A DNA stretch of 64,000 nucleotides from Perna viridis (lineage: Eukaryota), in NCBI GenBank assembly GCA_037379345.1, contig CM074511.1, positions 38,446,862-38,510,861 of the forward strand, written 5' to 3'. Of the stretch, positions 1 through 12,700 are shown piece by piece (position 1 is the first letter of the stretch; the number at the start of each line of letters is the position of its first letter). A program made the translations under genes and the position numbers. A model generated the notes under the pieces. The model was given only the letters and a program-made list of their open reading frames with translations. It did no database searches and was not told the DNA's origin.

Positions 1-469
1 CTGTTTGTTAGTGTGTTCGAATAGTACAAGGCAGGGTTTGATGGAAGATCTCATCTGTGAATGCATGAAATATTCATTGGATCAATCATGTAACTTTTGA
101 TTTGCCTAGCAGCATTGAGTTTAGTTGAGCAACTGAAAAACTACTTCATCACATGGTACTGTTGATTAGTTGGCTTCTACAAATACACATATTGATGATT
201 TGATAGCTAAGTAATTTGCTCACTTGATACCAGTCCATTAATGAAGGAAACCAATATTCACCAATTAAACTATTGTTGCAAATACAAATCAAGGATATAT
301 AAAATTAAAACACCAAAGCTGCAACACAGGTTCACAACACACCCCTTTAACTTGTCTATGTAATACTGTTAGTAATATTTTTCATAAAAACACAAAAAAA
401 AAAAACAGAGATTATACGAATGAACATGACCAGTAATAGAGAATGTATTTAATCTCAACTTGTGCATGA

Positions 470-850
470 GGTCTCACTTACCACTTCAATATCAAATTGT
501 CACCACTCTGTCGTTGGTCTGTATAGTACCAAAAACACTGAACTGGATTTATGCACTGTTAGTATGTTAATCTAAAGAAGTCAAAATAAGGCTGAGAAAG
601 TACAATTTAAATTTGTGTGTGTAATTTGCTACAAAAGAACATGAGTGTAACTGAAAATTTGCCTCCATGAGGTGTAAAGGTGAAATACGGATTTAAGTAT
701 TTTTTTGTGAAAAACATGTAATATCATGGTACCATTAGATTAATGATTTTGCAAGCCTAATTTTCACAGCTTCAAGCCGATTTCACAGTGCAACTTTAAA
801 AAAATACTTAACAACATGCATAGTAAAGGAAACATTAGAAGTGGTTAGTA
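470..850. mobile_element. Older diverged family A MITE
   Basis: ggtctcacttaccacttc...agaagtggttagt termini; internally colinear with 1427-1886. Confidence 0.75.
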
Positions 851-1314
851 TCTGCAAGTATAGACACAATCAAAAATTTTACTATAGAGAGTGGAGAAAT
901 AGATTAAGTCAAGAATAGACTGTAGTTGAATCAGTTTCTGTCATGAAATCTGCAGCGGATTTGGAAAATAAAAAAATGCAGGAACTTAATAGCCACCCGG
1001 TGGATAAAATGAGTCACGTGCATCACAGACTTGGAATCAATGGGAGAAAAGATTTTTTTCAACATATTTATGTAGTTACTTATAAAGGTAATTTCTCATT
1101 TTAGTCAACTAAACTGTCACATGAATTTGAAAACACAAAAAAAATGTCCCTCATCAGCAGCATTAGGACCAAATACACAGAAAGATTGCGATACATACAA
1201 ATCGAAATGGTAGGCCAAGTATTCTGCATGTGGGAACTTCACAAACCTTCATTTTCAAAGGAAAGTGCAGTAAATCGTCTATGTAGACACGAGATACAAC
1301 GACCATAAATTGAA

Positions 1315-2275
1315 TAAGAGACTCCCAGGAGCCTGAATCGCTCTCTTGGTTAAATTTTGCCTTTCAAAACTCCTAAAAAAGCATCATTTTTCACCTTTCA
1401 AGGACAATAACTCTTAAAAGGGGTTGGGTCTCACTAACCACTTCCGGGTCAAATGGCCACCCTACTATGTAGTACCAAAAACACACTGAACCTAGACATA
1501 TGCATTGTAAGTGCATTATTTGTGTATATTATGATTAAAAGTAGTCAAAATAAAGCTGAGAATGTGTACTTTAAAATCATATATGTAATTAACTACAAAA
1601 GTGTATGAATATTGTTTACATGTGTGAGTAATATGCCTCCATGCTGTCAGTTAGCAGAACAGGTAAAAATGTGGATTTTCAGTATTATTTATTCAAGTAA
1701 ATTTTGTGAAGAATTTCTACTATCATCGTACCATTAGCATAATGATTTTGGAAGCCTTATTTTCCAAGCTTCGCAACAGTATTCAGCTTTAAGATGTCAT
1801 TTGTCCTGGGAATTCACAGTGAGACTTTGAAAATTACTTTTTTAACATGTAAAGTAATGGAAACGTTAGAAGTGGTTAGTGAGACCTTGTCTGACAACTT
1901 TGATCATGTGGAGACTTTCGTAGGCCTTATAACATTTTCTGCAATTGAAAGTATTCGGCTAAACCTAACGATTTCAAAGATATAATATGCGAAAAACTTC
2001 TGTCTGACCCCTATGTTCATTTTCTTGGTAACTGCAGCCAAGTTTTTTGACGGATCAAAAGACATGCATCAATTAGAATGCTTTCTACTTATTCAAAAAT
2101 TCCAGAATTTGGCTAAACCTAACGGTTTTGGAGATATATGCGAACAACTACTGTTTGACCTCTATGTTCTATTTTTAGTTATGGTGGCCATGTTTTTCGA
2201 CGCCGATGGATAAAAAATCTCTACATCAGTTCTATGCATGATACCCCAAGGAACATTCATACCAAGTTTGGTTAA
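1315..2275 (-). mobile_element. Helentron-type non-autonomous element (HINE/DINE-like, family B), interrupted by a MITE
   Basis: Reverse-complement homology to 47580-48412 and 50092-50598, including the 3' hairpin aggctcctgggag.ctc. Confidence 0.7.
1427..1886. mobile_element. 460-bp MITE (family A), 18-bp TIR GGTCTCACTAACCACTTC, 3-bp TSD TTG
   Basis: Perfect TIRs; TTG at 1424-1426 and 1887-1889; nested inside the Helentron-type element 1315-2275. A 3-bp TSD suggests the PIF/Harbinger superfamily. Confidence 0.88.
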
Positions 2276-3366
2276 CACTCTTAGAAAAAAAATTGTTTTA
2301 CAAATTGTTATTTTTGCTCAGGGTAGAAAAAAGTTTGTCTCGGAAAAAAATCCATAGCACCCCCACCCCCGACAATCAAAAGGTTGCTGCCTTAGCGCAT
2401 CATCACCCTCCTTGCATGGGGTAGAATGTCTTAATCATAACGAAAATAACCTAGATTATAATAACTTAAATTCTGACAAAATATCCCTTACAACAATAGA
2501 CCCCTTCAGTTCAACTGCTGTGTAGTTGAGGGGCATAAGTTTGGTACATACTCCAAGTATATGTCACACATGCTCATCAACTACCCCGCAGTTAACACGG
2601 GGGTATATCTTGACATGTTGCTGATGTGAGGTATTCCCAAGAAGGGGTTTTCTACTATAATATCTATTTACAAATCTAAACTTCTGATTGTTGAGCAAAT
2701 CCTTTTGTTCTGGACCGACACATTGAATTGGATTTTAATGTGCCAGCATGCAACAGACTACAGAAAGGCATACCAAACCTCTCAGGTACACTATTTTGGA
2801 CTAAAAGCAAAACACGTTTTTGAGGATGAAGCAGTGACTACTTCCCTAAATAAAGTCTTTGGTATAACTCATCTTGTGAGTTATCAAAGACCTCCTAAAC
2901 TGCAGAGGATCCCGATACCGGTCTATCTAAAGAGGCACATAATTTCTTGTTTTATTTTCTGATTCAAATTGTTCTATCACAGTGTCCTGCTACAAAGAAA
3001 GTGGGAAAACAAATAAGAAGTTATAAAGTGCAGCACTATATAATGACCCGATAAGAACATCGGTTGAAATTTAAACATTTGAAAAAAGCAGTTCTTCTTG
3101 TCTTACATGTTTTATATATAATGTCACTGCCTGCGAAACTTAGAAAGCTGTGACAGATCCAGAAATCTGAAAAGGGGGGGGGGCACAAGTCTAAAGATTG
3201 TTTTTACTTATTTGCAAGGAGTTAAATATAAATCCTTGTTAAATATAATAACCAAATATTTTAGCAAAGAGGAGGGCATCCCCTTTGGACCAGCCTGTGG
3301 AAAGTGACCAAAATATATATGTTCAGCCTTTCTAATACGGGGTCAGACATGTACACCTGAAAACAT

Positions 3367-4110
3367 CAAGGGAATCAAGATTCTAGCGGAAATCAAAAGA
3401 ACGTAATCCAGGGACAAAAACCAGACAAACGCAACAAAGAACAAAGTAACTAAAATAATACAAAGTAACCGAAGTAAATGAGCAATAAATTAACAAGAAG
3501 CTAGACTTCTTTTATTTGCATAGCAACATCTTATTTTTAACCCACAACTAAAAACTCGACAAAATAAAACGTTGATGATACAATGTATATTACTAAATGT
3601 AGAAACCCCTGCACATAATAGAAACTCAACATAGAAGCTCAACTTCCATACCCCCGCAAGTTACTATGGTATCGGTTACTGCTTTAACTGTGGTTAATAA
3701 GTTAATTTATGCGGTGAGTAGGTTTTGTTTTGTGCTTTGCAAATAATATAATACTACTATAAAAAATTGGAACGGAAATACATGAATTTTAAAGGTGTTT
3801 GCAAATAAATTCATTTTCACGAATAAAATTTTCCGTTGTAATAGGTATTCCTAATGTTAACATTAGGCAAGCTGTTGCACACAAAAAGCTGCTAGAAGTG
3901 CTAGAAGTATGTTACCGTTCAAAAATTGGATACAGTAATGATGGGGGATATCCTAATGAATCTTGTTTACCATGCAATTTAGAATTTAGCTTCCCGTTTA
4001 AGAGATGAATGTCTAGATCTAGAAAGAGACAGTGCTGACCGTCAACATTAGCGCTATTCCAAGTAAGTTCTGACTGGGTATATTTCTTCTGTGCAAATCT
4101 GCCCTTATAT
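3367..4110 (-). mobile_element. Degenerate Penelope-like RT relic plus shared 3' segment
   Basis: Minus strand ~3830-4100 reads ELTWNSANVDGQHCLFLDLDIHLLNGKLNSKL and VCNSLPNVNIRN with frameshifts. 3367-3485 matches 9016-9130. Confidence 0.6.
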
Positions 4111-4987
4111 CACTCAAAATTAACAAATATAATATACCATAATATACTGTTCAAATTGATATTTACTGGCAATAGACAATGATTTATTACAATAAAGAAA
4201 TAGATCGACAGAAGTGGTGCAGTTAGTTCGCGAAGGAATTCCGATAATATCATTAAGAAATTACACTATCAAGCCAGTCCAATTTAAACAGTGTTCTTTT
4301 TATGCTTTCTGTGGCCTAGACGAATATTTACATTGAGATTTTTCATGTGTCCGTTTTATTATATCAGTAATGAGTTATATACAGTCTAAAACCAAGTTTG
4401 AACAGACTCAAGAGGGCCTTCATACTTACATAGCACACAGTTTAGCAAAGGGTTAATTACAACACTCCAAAATAATGTATTCAACAAAGTAGGCATTGCT
4501 GCAAAAAATTTATAAGGAAGGTTTGTTTTTCATTGAACATGTCCCAGATATTAAAACTAATCTGTTGAAGGTTAAACGAGTTCAAGACCAATAAGAATCC
4601 AGAAATTTAAAAAGGTGATCTGATCTAGAAACTTGAAATGGTTGGACTGGCTTTAATTTGATCACTTTTGCCCAAAATTTTTTTTTTTCAATAAAACTGA
4701 GGGCACCACCCCTGGATCCTCTACTTCAAAATACAGGTAGATATTTTGTGTTTTTTTGAAGTACATGCATCATGAAAGTTCATAGCTACCTGTATATATG
4801 TAAATTCTTGTTAAATTCTTATTGTATTTGAGGTATGTATTGATAACATTTGTTATGTTGTGGACTCACAGCCACTTAGTTACTACTATGTAGTTTTTCT
4901 GTTTTTTTTTTAAATTTCTGGAAGTTTTTCAGTGTTTCTATATTTTCTTAGCAGGTGTCATGGTTTTAAATGCTGCTGTAGTTGTCC

Positions 4988-5470
4988 CATCCTCCCAATT
5001 CAGGGTTTTGAGTCCACCCTCGCTCCCTCAAACCCCTGACATCACTCATTCATATTTAGCGGGTATCGTCAAGCCCCATCTAGTGAGTTACTTCAAGTTA
5101 ACCCGAATCCAAAATCCAATCAAATCACTCATAATAGAAACTCTTCGATATAACTTACAAAGTGGCTACACAAAACGTCATTTTTTTTTTTTAGTAAAGA
5201 CTCTAAACAGAATCTTCAGTTATCATTTTTGCTCATATTGCATCATTTGTGAAATCATACAACTTTCAGTTACTATATCGGACGTCCATTACCGTGTATT
5301 ATTGTTTAGCTTTCCATAGACATTTGATGTTAAATTGATTTTCATTGGTGCTTCTCACCCAGAGAAGCAACCAATCAGAATTGGCTGGACGATACTCGCT
5401 AAATATGAATGAGTGATGTCAGTGGTTTGAGGGAGCGAGGGTGGAGTCAAAACCCTGACTTGGGAGGATG
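4988..5470. mobile_element. MITE with ~87-bp terminal inverted repeats (Mutator-like)
   Basis: catcctcccaattcagggttttgagtccaccctcg...gtatcgtcaagcc is mirrored at ~5383-5470. The 9-nt flanks tagttgtcc / cttttgtcc could be a decayed TSD. Confidence 0.8.
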
Positions 5471-6747
5471 CTTTTGTCCTGGCCAGAATAAATCAAGTTA
5501 GTGTCAACATAGTTCCAGAGGGTCTCCTCCAACCATTGCATTTAAGAGTTAAAAATAATGTCTATCAATACTTGTGAAAAAGGACTGAAATTATAAATTT
5601 ACCTAATGATAATACATACACATGCATAAGTAAAGGCACAAATTCTCATCCAGAAAACATTCCATGAAAAAGACCATTCAAATCCTATGGGCCAATGGTC
5701 AAGGACACATGAAGGCTGTAATGCTACTTCACATCCCATCCTAAATATCTACAGCCTTGGTCAAAATACACAAAAATTCAGCACTGAAAATCATTTTGTA
5801 TGAGAATTAAAATACATAGTCTTGATAAAGCAATCAATGTATTACTAGATATGGCTTCTGTTCATTTCAATAGTCACTTCATTTCTACCATGATTACGTG
5901 TATGCATATCAAAAAGAAAATGAATACATAACATAATGATTCTATTTACCCCACCACAGAAATAAAATGGTGTCAAGGAACCCAGCTTGATATGACTCCA
6001 GATTTCAATCTGTGTTGGTGCAATAACTTTATTTACACTTCACTTAAGGTTGATTCAACTCTGAACTTAGGTAAGTTTTTGATTGAGCAAAGATGTCTGA
6101 CCAACAATGAATTGAATTGAAATATTAAATTAAGACTATTTTTGTCTAAATAAAAATCTAATACAAAATGTATAACTTTATCATATCAAATTAGCAAGAG
6201 AACTTAGTGAAAGATTCAACATATTAAAAAATCCAAAGACTTCAACTTTTGAGGAAATCAAATTGAGATGGGAGCACATCTTTAAAATTTAACAAATATT
6301 GTAAATGTTTCTTTACATTCCATTCAGGGAGTTTGAGGAATAACAGATAAGAGGATACCCCTCTGCCAATAGAGGTATGGAAAGAAGTAGAAATGAAAGA
6401 AAAGATCCCCCCATCAATATGTACCCCCACTTTGCAAGTAGAATGGAATAATTATCCTGACCAGAATACTAAATTCCATACCAACATTTTCCCAATCTGA
6501 GTTAAGCAATCTTACACTTTCATAAGTCAAACGTGAATATACAATCTTAACAGTAACCAGTCAATCAATGTTCAAAAGAAAATCAGGTCTTGAATTATTG
6601 TGCTTTCTCTAAATTAACAAAAACTACAAAAAAAACTTTTACAAAAAGTTTAATTAGCATGACAATATTTTCCGAAATGATATATATAGCACATGATTAG
6701 AAAATGACACATTAACAATGTATAAAATCCAACAATAATAAAAATTC

Positions 6748-9700
6748 TTATGTATCGTCCGTCCTCCTTCTCTTTTCGGCACTCTCATCAACATTTTCAG
6801 CGGGTCTCTTATTTTTATTATTGTTCCATATTTGATCAAATGTAACAATAATACAAGTCATATTGTCACATCCAGTTCCATCTCCTAGAGTGTTTGGTGC
6901 AAGACATTTATCAAATAACTGAAAAAAAAAAATAAAAAAAAAAAAATGACGTAACTATAATAAATTCTTGAAACATCTGCATGTGCTTTGTTTTACATGT
7001 AGATTTTATGGTAGGAAATGCATTCAACAGGGGTTCAAATGATTGTGCTTTGGAATCAGTCTTAAATATAGTCAAGCACACTATAAGTGATGATGAAGTT
7101 ATAAAGTGCGATTGAAAAAAAAAATTTTTTTTAAATTGGTATTATCTGATGAATATAGCATACTTGTTTAGTTTTAATCATACCATCAACTAGATTTAAG
7201 TACCAGTCCACATGAAATTCAGACACTGCCAATGGTAAAGTGATTCATAATGAAGAAAAACCCACCAAACAAATATTTTTCTGAGTACAAATATGCTACA
7301 CTATCACATAACAAGAATCATTTCTGCATTCAGCTTTGCACTTTTTAGAAAATCATACATTCATCTCCCAAAAAATTCAACCAAAGAAGCCAAAATCAAG
7401 AACAATAATGCTTGCAAAATGCAAATTTCATGTACAATCAAAAGTGCAACAACCAAATGAAAAATTAAGACTGATTATGTGATCAATTACTGTTATTGAA
7501 CAAGAAATAAAGCTGAATTTGGTAAGTTTTTGACATGCATAATAAGCTTATCAAGTTCAGTTATTAAAATGAGAGAACTTAATTACACAGACGCTGTTTA
7601 GTACTTAACAGATTTTAACATGTCAGCTTAAGGAAACAAACTCTTAGAGATAGACAAGTCATCCAACTTGGACATTTTATTCAAGTCAAACTAACCAATT
7701 ATCACTCAATCTATTACAGTGGAGGAGCAGTGACTACTAATCAAAAGCCTTTTGTATGAGGGAACTATGTAATCAATGAACCCATTCCACCACACAACAG
7801 AATAAATATGGTACAACTATAGCACCAAGAAAGTTTTTATTTGTTGAAATTCTTAATACAGCACAAGTTTTATACTGTATAGGCTATTGACAGCTTACCA
7901 TCTCACATATCAATGAAAGCTTTTTTCTATTCTCTTCCTCTCTCAACTTTTCCCTGACAAAATCAACAACTTCTTGACTGGTCATGTAGTTCCTGAATAA
8001 TAAAACAGCTATAGTCTATATGTACAAGAAAAAAAGACCCCAAGTTTACAAGGTCTGATCATAGGTAGTGAAACTTACAGCAATGACATAAATAGCTCTC
8101 TAGGTAGAAATCTGCTACTTCAATCACTCAAAAGCCTAGCTAGAATAGTATTGAAAACAATATCCCTCTAATTGCTAAAAAACAATGTTAATTTCCATTG
8201 ATAGGATATTTGACTTAATCTTTCCAACTTATAGACTAACCATTTCATTTAAACACAAATTTCAACATACTAGTATTTTATCTTGAACGAGACTACGTTG
8301 TGTTCTTTTTTTTGTTGGGAAACACCATCATACTGCACATAAGGTGGCTAATGGACAAAACTTTTCAAATTCAGGAACCATTCTGTTTCAAATCACTTAA
8401 TAATTCCAGTTTTAGAAAATGTTGTGGACCATGTAATGACAGATACCCAACTGATTTGGGCAAATTACAGCAAAATTCAACTATGATGATAAATTCACAA
8501 AAATATCAAATTCTAAATGTGTCCTGAAATAGTTACCATATGCCATCACAGGCAAGGACAAGGAATTCATCATTTTCTTGCAGCGAGGCAGTTTCAATAT
8601 CTGGAAGGGCAGTAATCATCTGTTCCTTTGCAGTCTTCTCAATATTTCTTTTGTAGAAGTGGTCACCTAATAATATATCATAAGACAACCAATTAATACT
8701 TTAGTTTCATCTTTATTTGTGAGGTACTTATTTTCATTGTTTCATGGGTGGTGTCCATGAACATATGAAATCAATAATGCAACAAACAATTATATATGTG
8801 AATGAAAATCAATTCAAGATAGATTTTTTGTATGGTACATGTGAAATTGTGAAGGAAGCCATTTTGAGCTGTTGAATTCTATCATCCCTTAATTGTTTAA
8901 TTAAAGGACACATCAACAGTAATTTAGAGCCTATTGGGATTTGGGCTATCTGAGTTATGAATGAATGATCTTTATTTGCATAAAGCATATACATGCTATT
9001 GCAACAATGAGTAACCAAGGGAACCAAGATTCTAGCGGAAATCAAAAGAATGTAATCCAGGGCCAAAGACCAGACATGGAAAACAGACACACACAACAAA
9101 GGACATAAAATAACCAAAATAATACATACAAACTCGGACTCCACTAAAATAGTTAAGCATGGACCAGGTGCACCAGTAGGACAAGCGTCCTCTGCTTTTC
9201 TAGAAACAGGGATGTTGCCACAGATGAAAGGAAAGTTGACAATATGGAATGAATAGGCATTGCATTTGTCATTTAGTTTGGTCAATAGTTTTCCTTTACC
9301 ATCAATCTCAAAGTGTAAGTCAAGATATGAGACTGACTTCACAGTGTCTGTAGTATCCTTTATCTCAAGTTCTTTTGGGAAGTTGTGATGTATAAAATCC
9401 ACAAAACTAGCATTGTTTAATGATAGCACGTCAACAATATAGCGAAAACTGAGATTAAAGGATCTAGCTAAACAATTTTCCTTCTTTTGGATCAGATCAG
9501 CTATTAAGTCAGCCTCATAAGAGTGAAAGAATAGGTCAGCCAGTAGAGGAGAACAAAATAGACATAATTATAATGACAGAAAATAATATTATCAAATCGA
9601 GGTATTTACACAATTAAATGAGTTCCAAGCGGCTTTAAGGTAGTTGCAAAGTTTAAATGTCAGAGATCTGTTTAAAACCTGAATCAGTCTGTAAAACTTA

Positions 9701-12700
9701 TGTATATAAGGCCATGAACAATAAAATACTGGCATAAACTGTATATGTAGAAATTTAAAAGCAGGACAAACAGTACAAAGTGGTATTCATCTTCTAAAGC
9801 ATTATGTCATGGCAGTGTAAACCATAAATAAAGTGTTAGAGTGTCACCAGTAACGATTGACATAGATGCCGCATTTGGTAAACACAGGGTTTTACAATAT
9901 TTGTAAGATAAGAATGGCAATGGTACCTAAAATTTTTATTCAAATGAATTTTTACTTTTACTTGAAATCAGGGAAATAAAATTAGAATCATAATTTACCA
10001 ATGGATGTTTCATGTATGTATGTAACCTTCATTCATAATGAAAATTACTTGTCTCAAGTGCTGAGAAACAGATATCTACTTGAAAACTAAATGGAACTAA
10101 GATTTTTGTTTTGTTTTTTTTTCTTAAACAAAAAATCTTTGCTGAAATATTAAATTGTACAGGAAATGCCAACAAATAGTTACTTTTTTTAATTCCTTTA
10201 TTCTCCCACAAATCAAAAATTCAAATATCCAACAAAATGCATTTGTTTCTTCTATTTAAAATAAACCACAGTACTTTCAAGTCATTGCCAAATGACTTAA
10301 AACCATAGCGAATACTTCCCTTTCTCTTTCCTCCCATGTAATATCACAAACTCATTTTTTTAATCTGAGTGAAATTAAATTTCAAATGAACATAAAATTT
10401 TGGAACTTATTCAGGAACCATTTCTATTTCAAAATGAAGATTTTGTTTCACACCACATATCTGACTACAAATACATTTACTGAATTAACACTATTAAGAA
10501 TATGCTGCACTTTCTATTGCAAAATAAAATTATTATTTCTGATGGTCATACCTATAGCTCTTGACATATTCAGACCGCCATTAACCCGACCCTCTTCTGT
10601 CACTTTGCCTCCAGCAGCTTCTATACGAGTCTTTTCAATTAAATCTTCAGGCTTGTGATCTGCAGAAAGGTCGATAGCTTTGCCACCACGACACAGAACA
10701 CAGCGTGAGTCACCGGCGTTAGCAACAAATATTTGTTTGTCTTTTATCAGGGCTACAACTGCTGTGGTGCCACTGTCTGACCCTGGCTACAAAGATGATT
10801 TGTACATCATTAACTTATTTCAGAACAAACGAAATTCATGGCTTTGTTTAAATCTATCTGACAACATATTTACTGCAGTTCATATACCAGATAAAGATAG
10901 AAATATCATTGAAAGCATATTTATTGGCAGTGTAACAGTGCTAATATTTTTTTGGTTTTACAGTAGCCTATGAAAGGAAATTTAAACATCAAGGACATAC
11001 AATCTTTTATACTTGATGTAAAGGTTCGGTAACCTATGGTTCTACTCAAGAACTTTCTTTGTTTATTTTCTTTAAAGCTTGAATGGAACATTCATGTGAA
11101 TGCCGTAGACACTCACAATTATCTCATTATGTATATTTAGGCATGCTATTGTTTGTTATTAAGTATTTTGGGAAAGTTTGTAAGTACAAGTTCGTCCTCA
11201 CTATTTTTCCCCCATTTTCAGGTCCCCTCTTTAGTTTGTCCTGTTTCTCACCAGTCATTTCATGTGTAAGGGATATATTGTTACCCCAAAATTTTTAGTG
11301 TATCATGTCATTTAAATCACTGGGCGCCGCCATCTTCTTCCGGTATTTTCCCCATTTATCGTTTTTACGTATGTGCGCATCTGTTACCATGCTTGGGGGC
11401 ACTCAACCAATCAATAGTTCCAAGGGTCCACAAAATCAAAGGAGTACAAAACCCCCAACATCATCTGCTTCTGGGAGACTGTGACCCATTACCAGGACTA
11501 GATACTTGAATTACCCTTTATAAGTGACCAGAGCGCTCCATCAGTCTTTATAAACCAACAACCAGGTTGAATTATTTCCCTGTGTACGTACCCCATATAT
11601 ACATATATATGATCGTAGTTTACGACCTATTGATCTGACCCAGTTCCCAATAATAATCCCGTTCCATCAATGGACCTATCTAGAAGGAGAAATGAACAAA
11701 AACTTCTACTTGTTTGTGTTCACTTCACCCATTTGTCTTTGACAGGGAGCTTTTGTAATAGATTACACAGACAAAAATGCCAATATTGTCATTTTTCAAA
11801 CAGAATTTACTAAAACTTCTCCTTGCTTTTGATGTATAGATTAGGCCCTGCGTTCTGCTATAGTAGTCCTGTTTACTATTTATAAACAAACCAAATACGG
11901 GGTCCTTGATTATTCTCTAGCGCTCTGGTGGGATTTCATAACATAATTGTTATTGTTAGTTATATTTATGTTATTTGTCCATAATAAATAGTATATTAAA
12001 TTGAATGGCTAATGTTCTTTATGAAACATGAAAGAATCTGTGCCTTACTGTTTAGCTACCAGTATATTGCCACGCTACCAGTGCATTTATACTATAAAGA
12101 TAATTTTCTACAGTGGTAAAGACCACAGCCCTGACATATTAACACTGACACAACCGCAACCCCCCCTCCCAACTTTACAATACAAAGAACCTTTGGAAAC
12201 TTCAAATATTATGGCCATGTAAGACCACTAATAAAGACCTCCTCAACAGATGCAATCAAGAAGATGGCAAGACAGGCAGAAGTGGCCTACCTTTGTTGCT
12301 GTCCCATATGCCATTAAGTGTAACAGCAGCAAATAAGTAGTAAGGGCATACAACAATGTATTAAAAATTGTGAAAAAACAGGCTTATATACATCTCTCAA
12401 GCTGAAAATACCAAAACCAAAACCATACCTCTTCTGTCATCTCGTTCATGACTGGAGCACTGCTTTCCTCTTCATCTGTGTCATCACTTTCTTCCTCATC
12501 TTCATCTTCATCCTCTTCGTCACTGTAAATGAAGATTTAAAATATCATAGTTTCATTTCAGAATCCAGCTCATGACAGGAGTTAACTTATGAAAATTACC
12601 AAATTATCTTTCACTGGGAATTCTTGAGTCTTGTCATAAAACAGATACAATAAATAAGTTACTTTTGTCCCTTTTTTTTTTTTTTTTTTTTTACATATTT

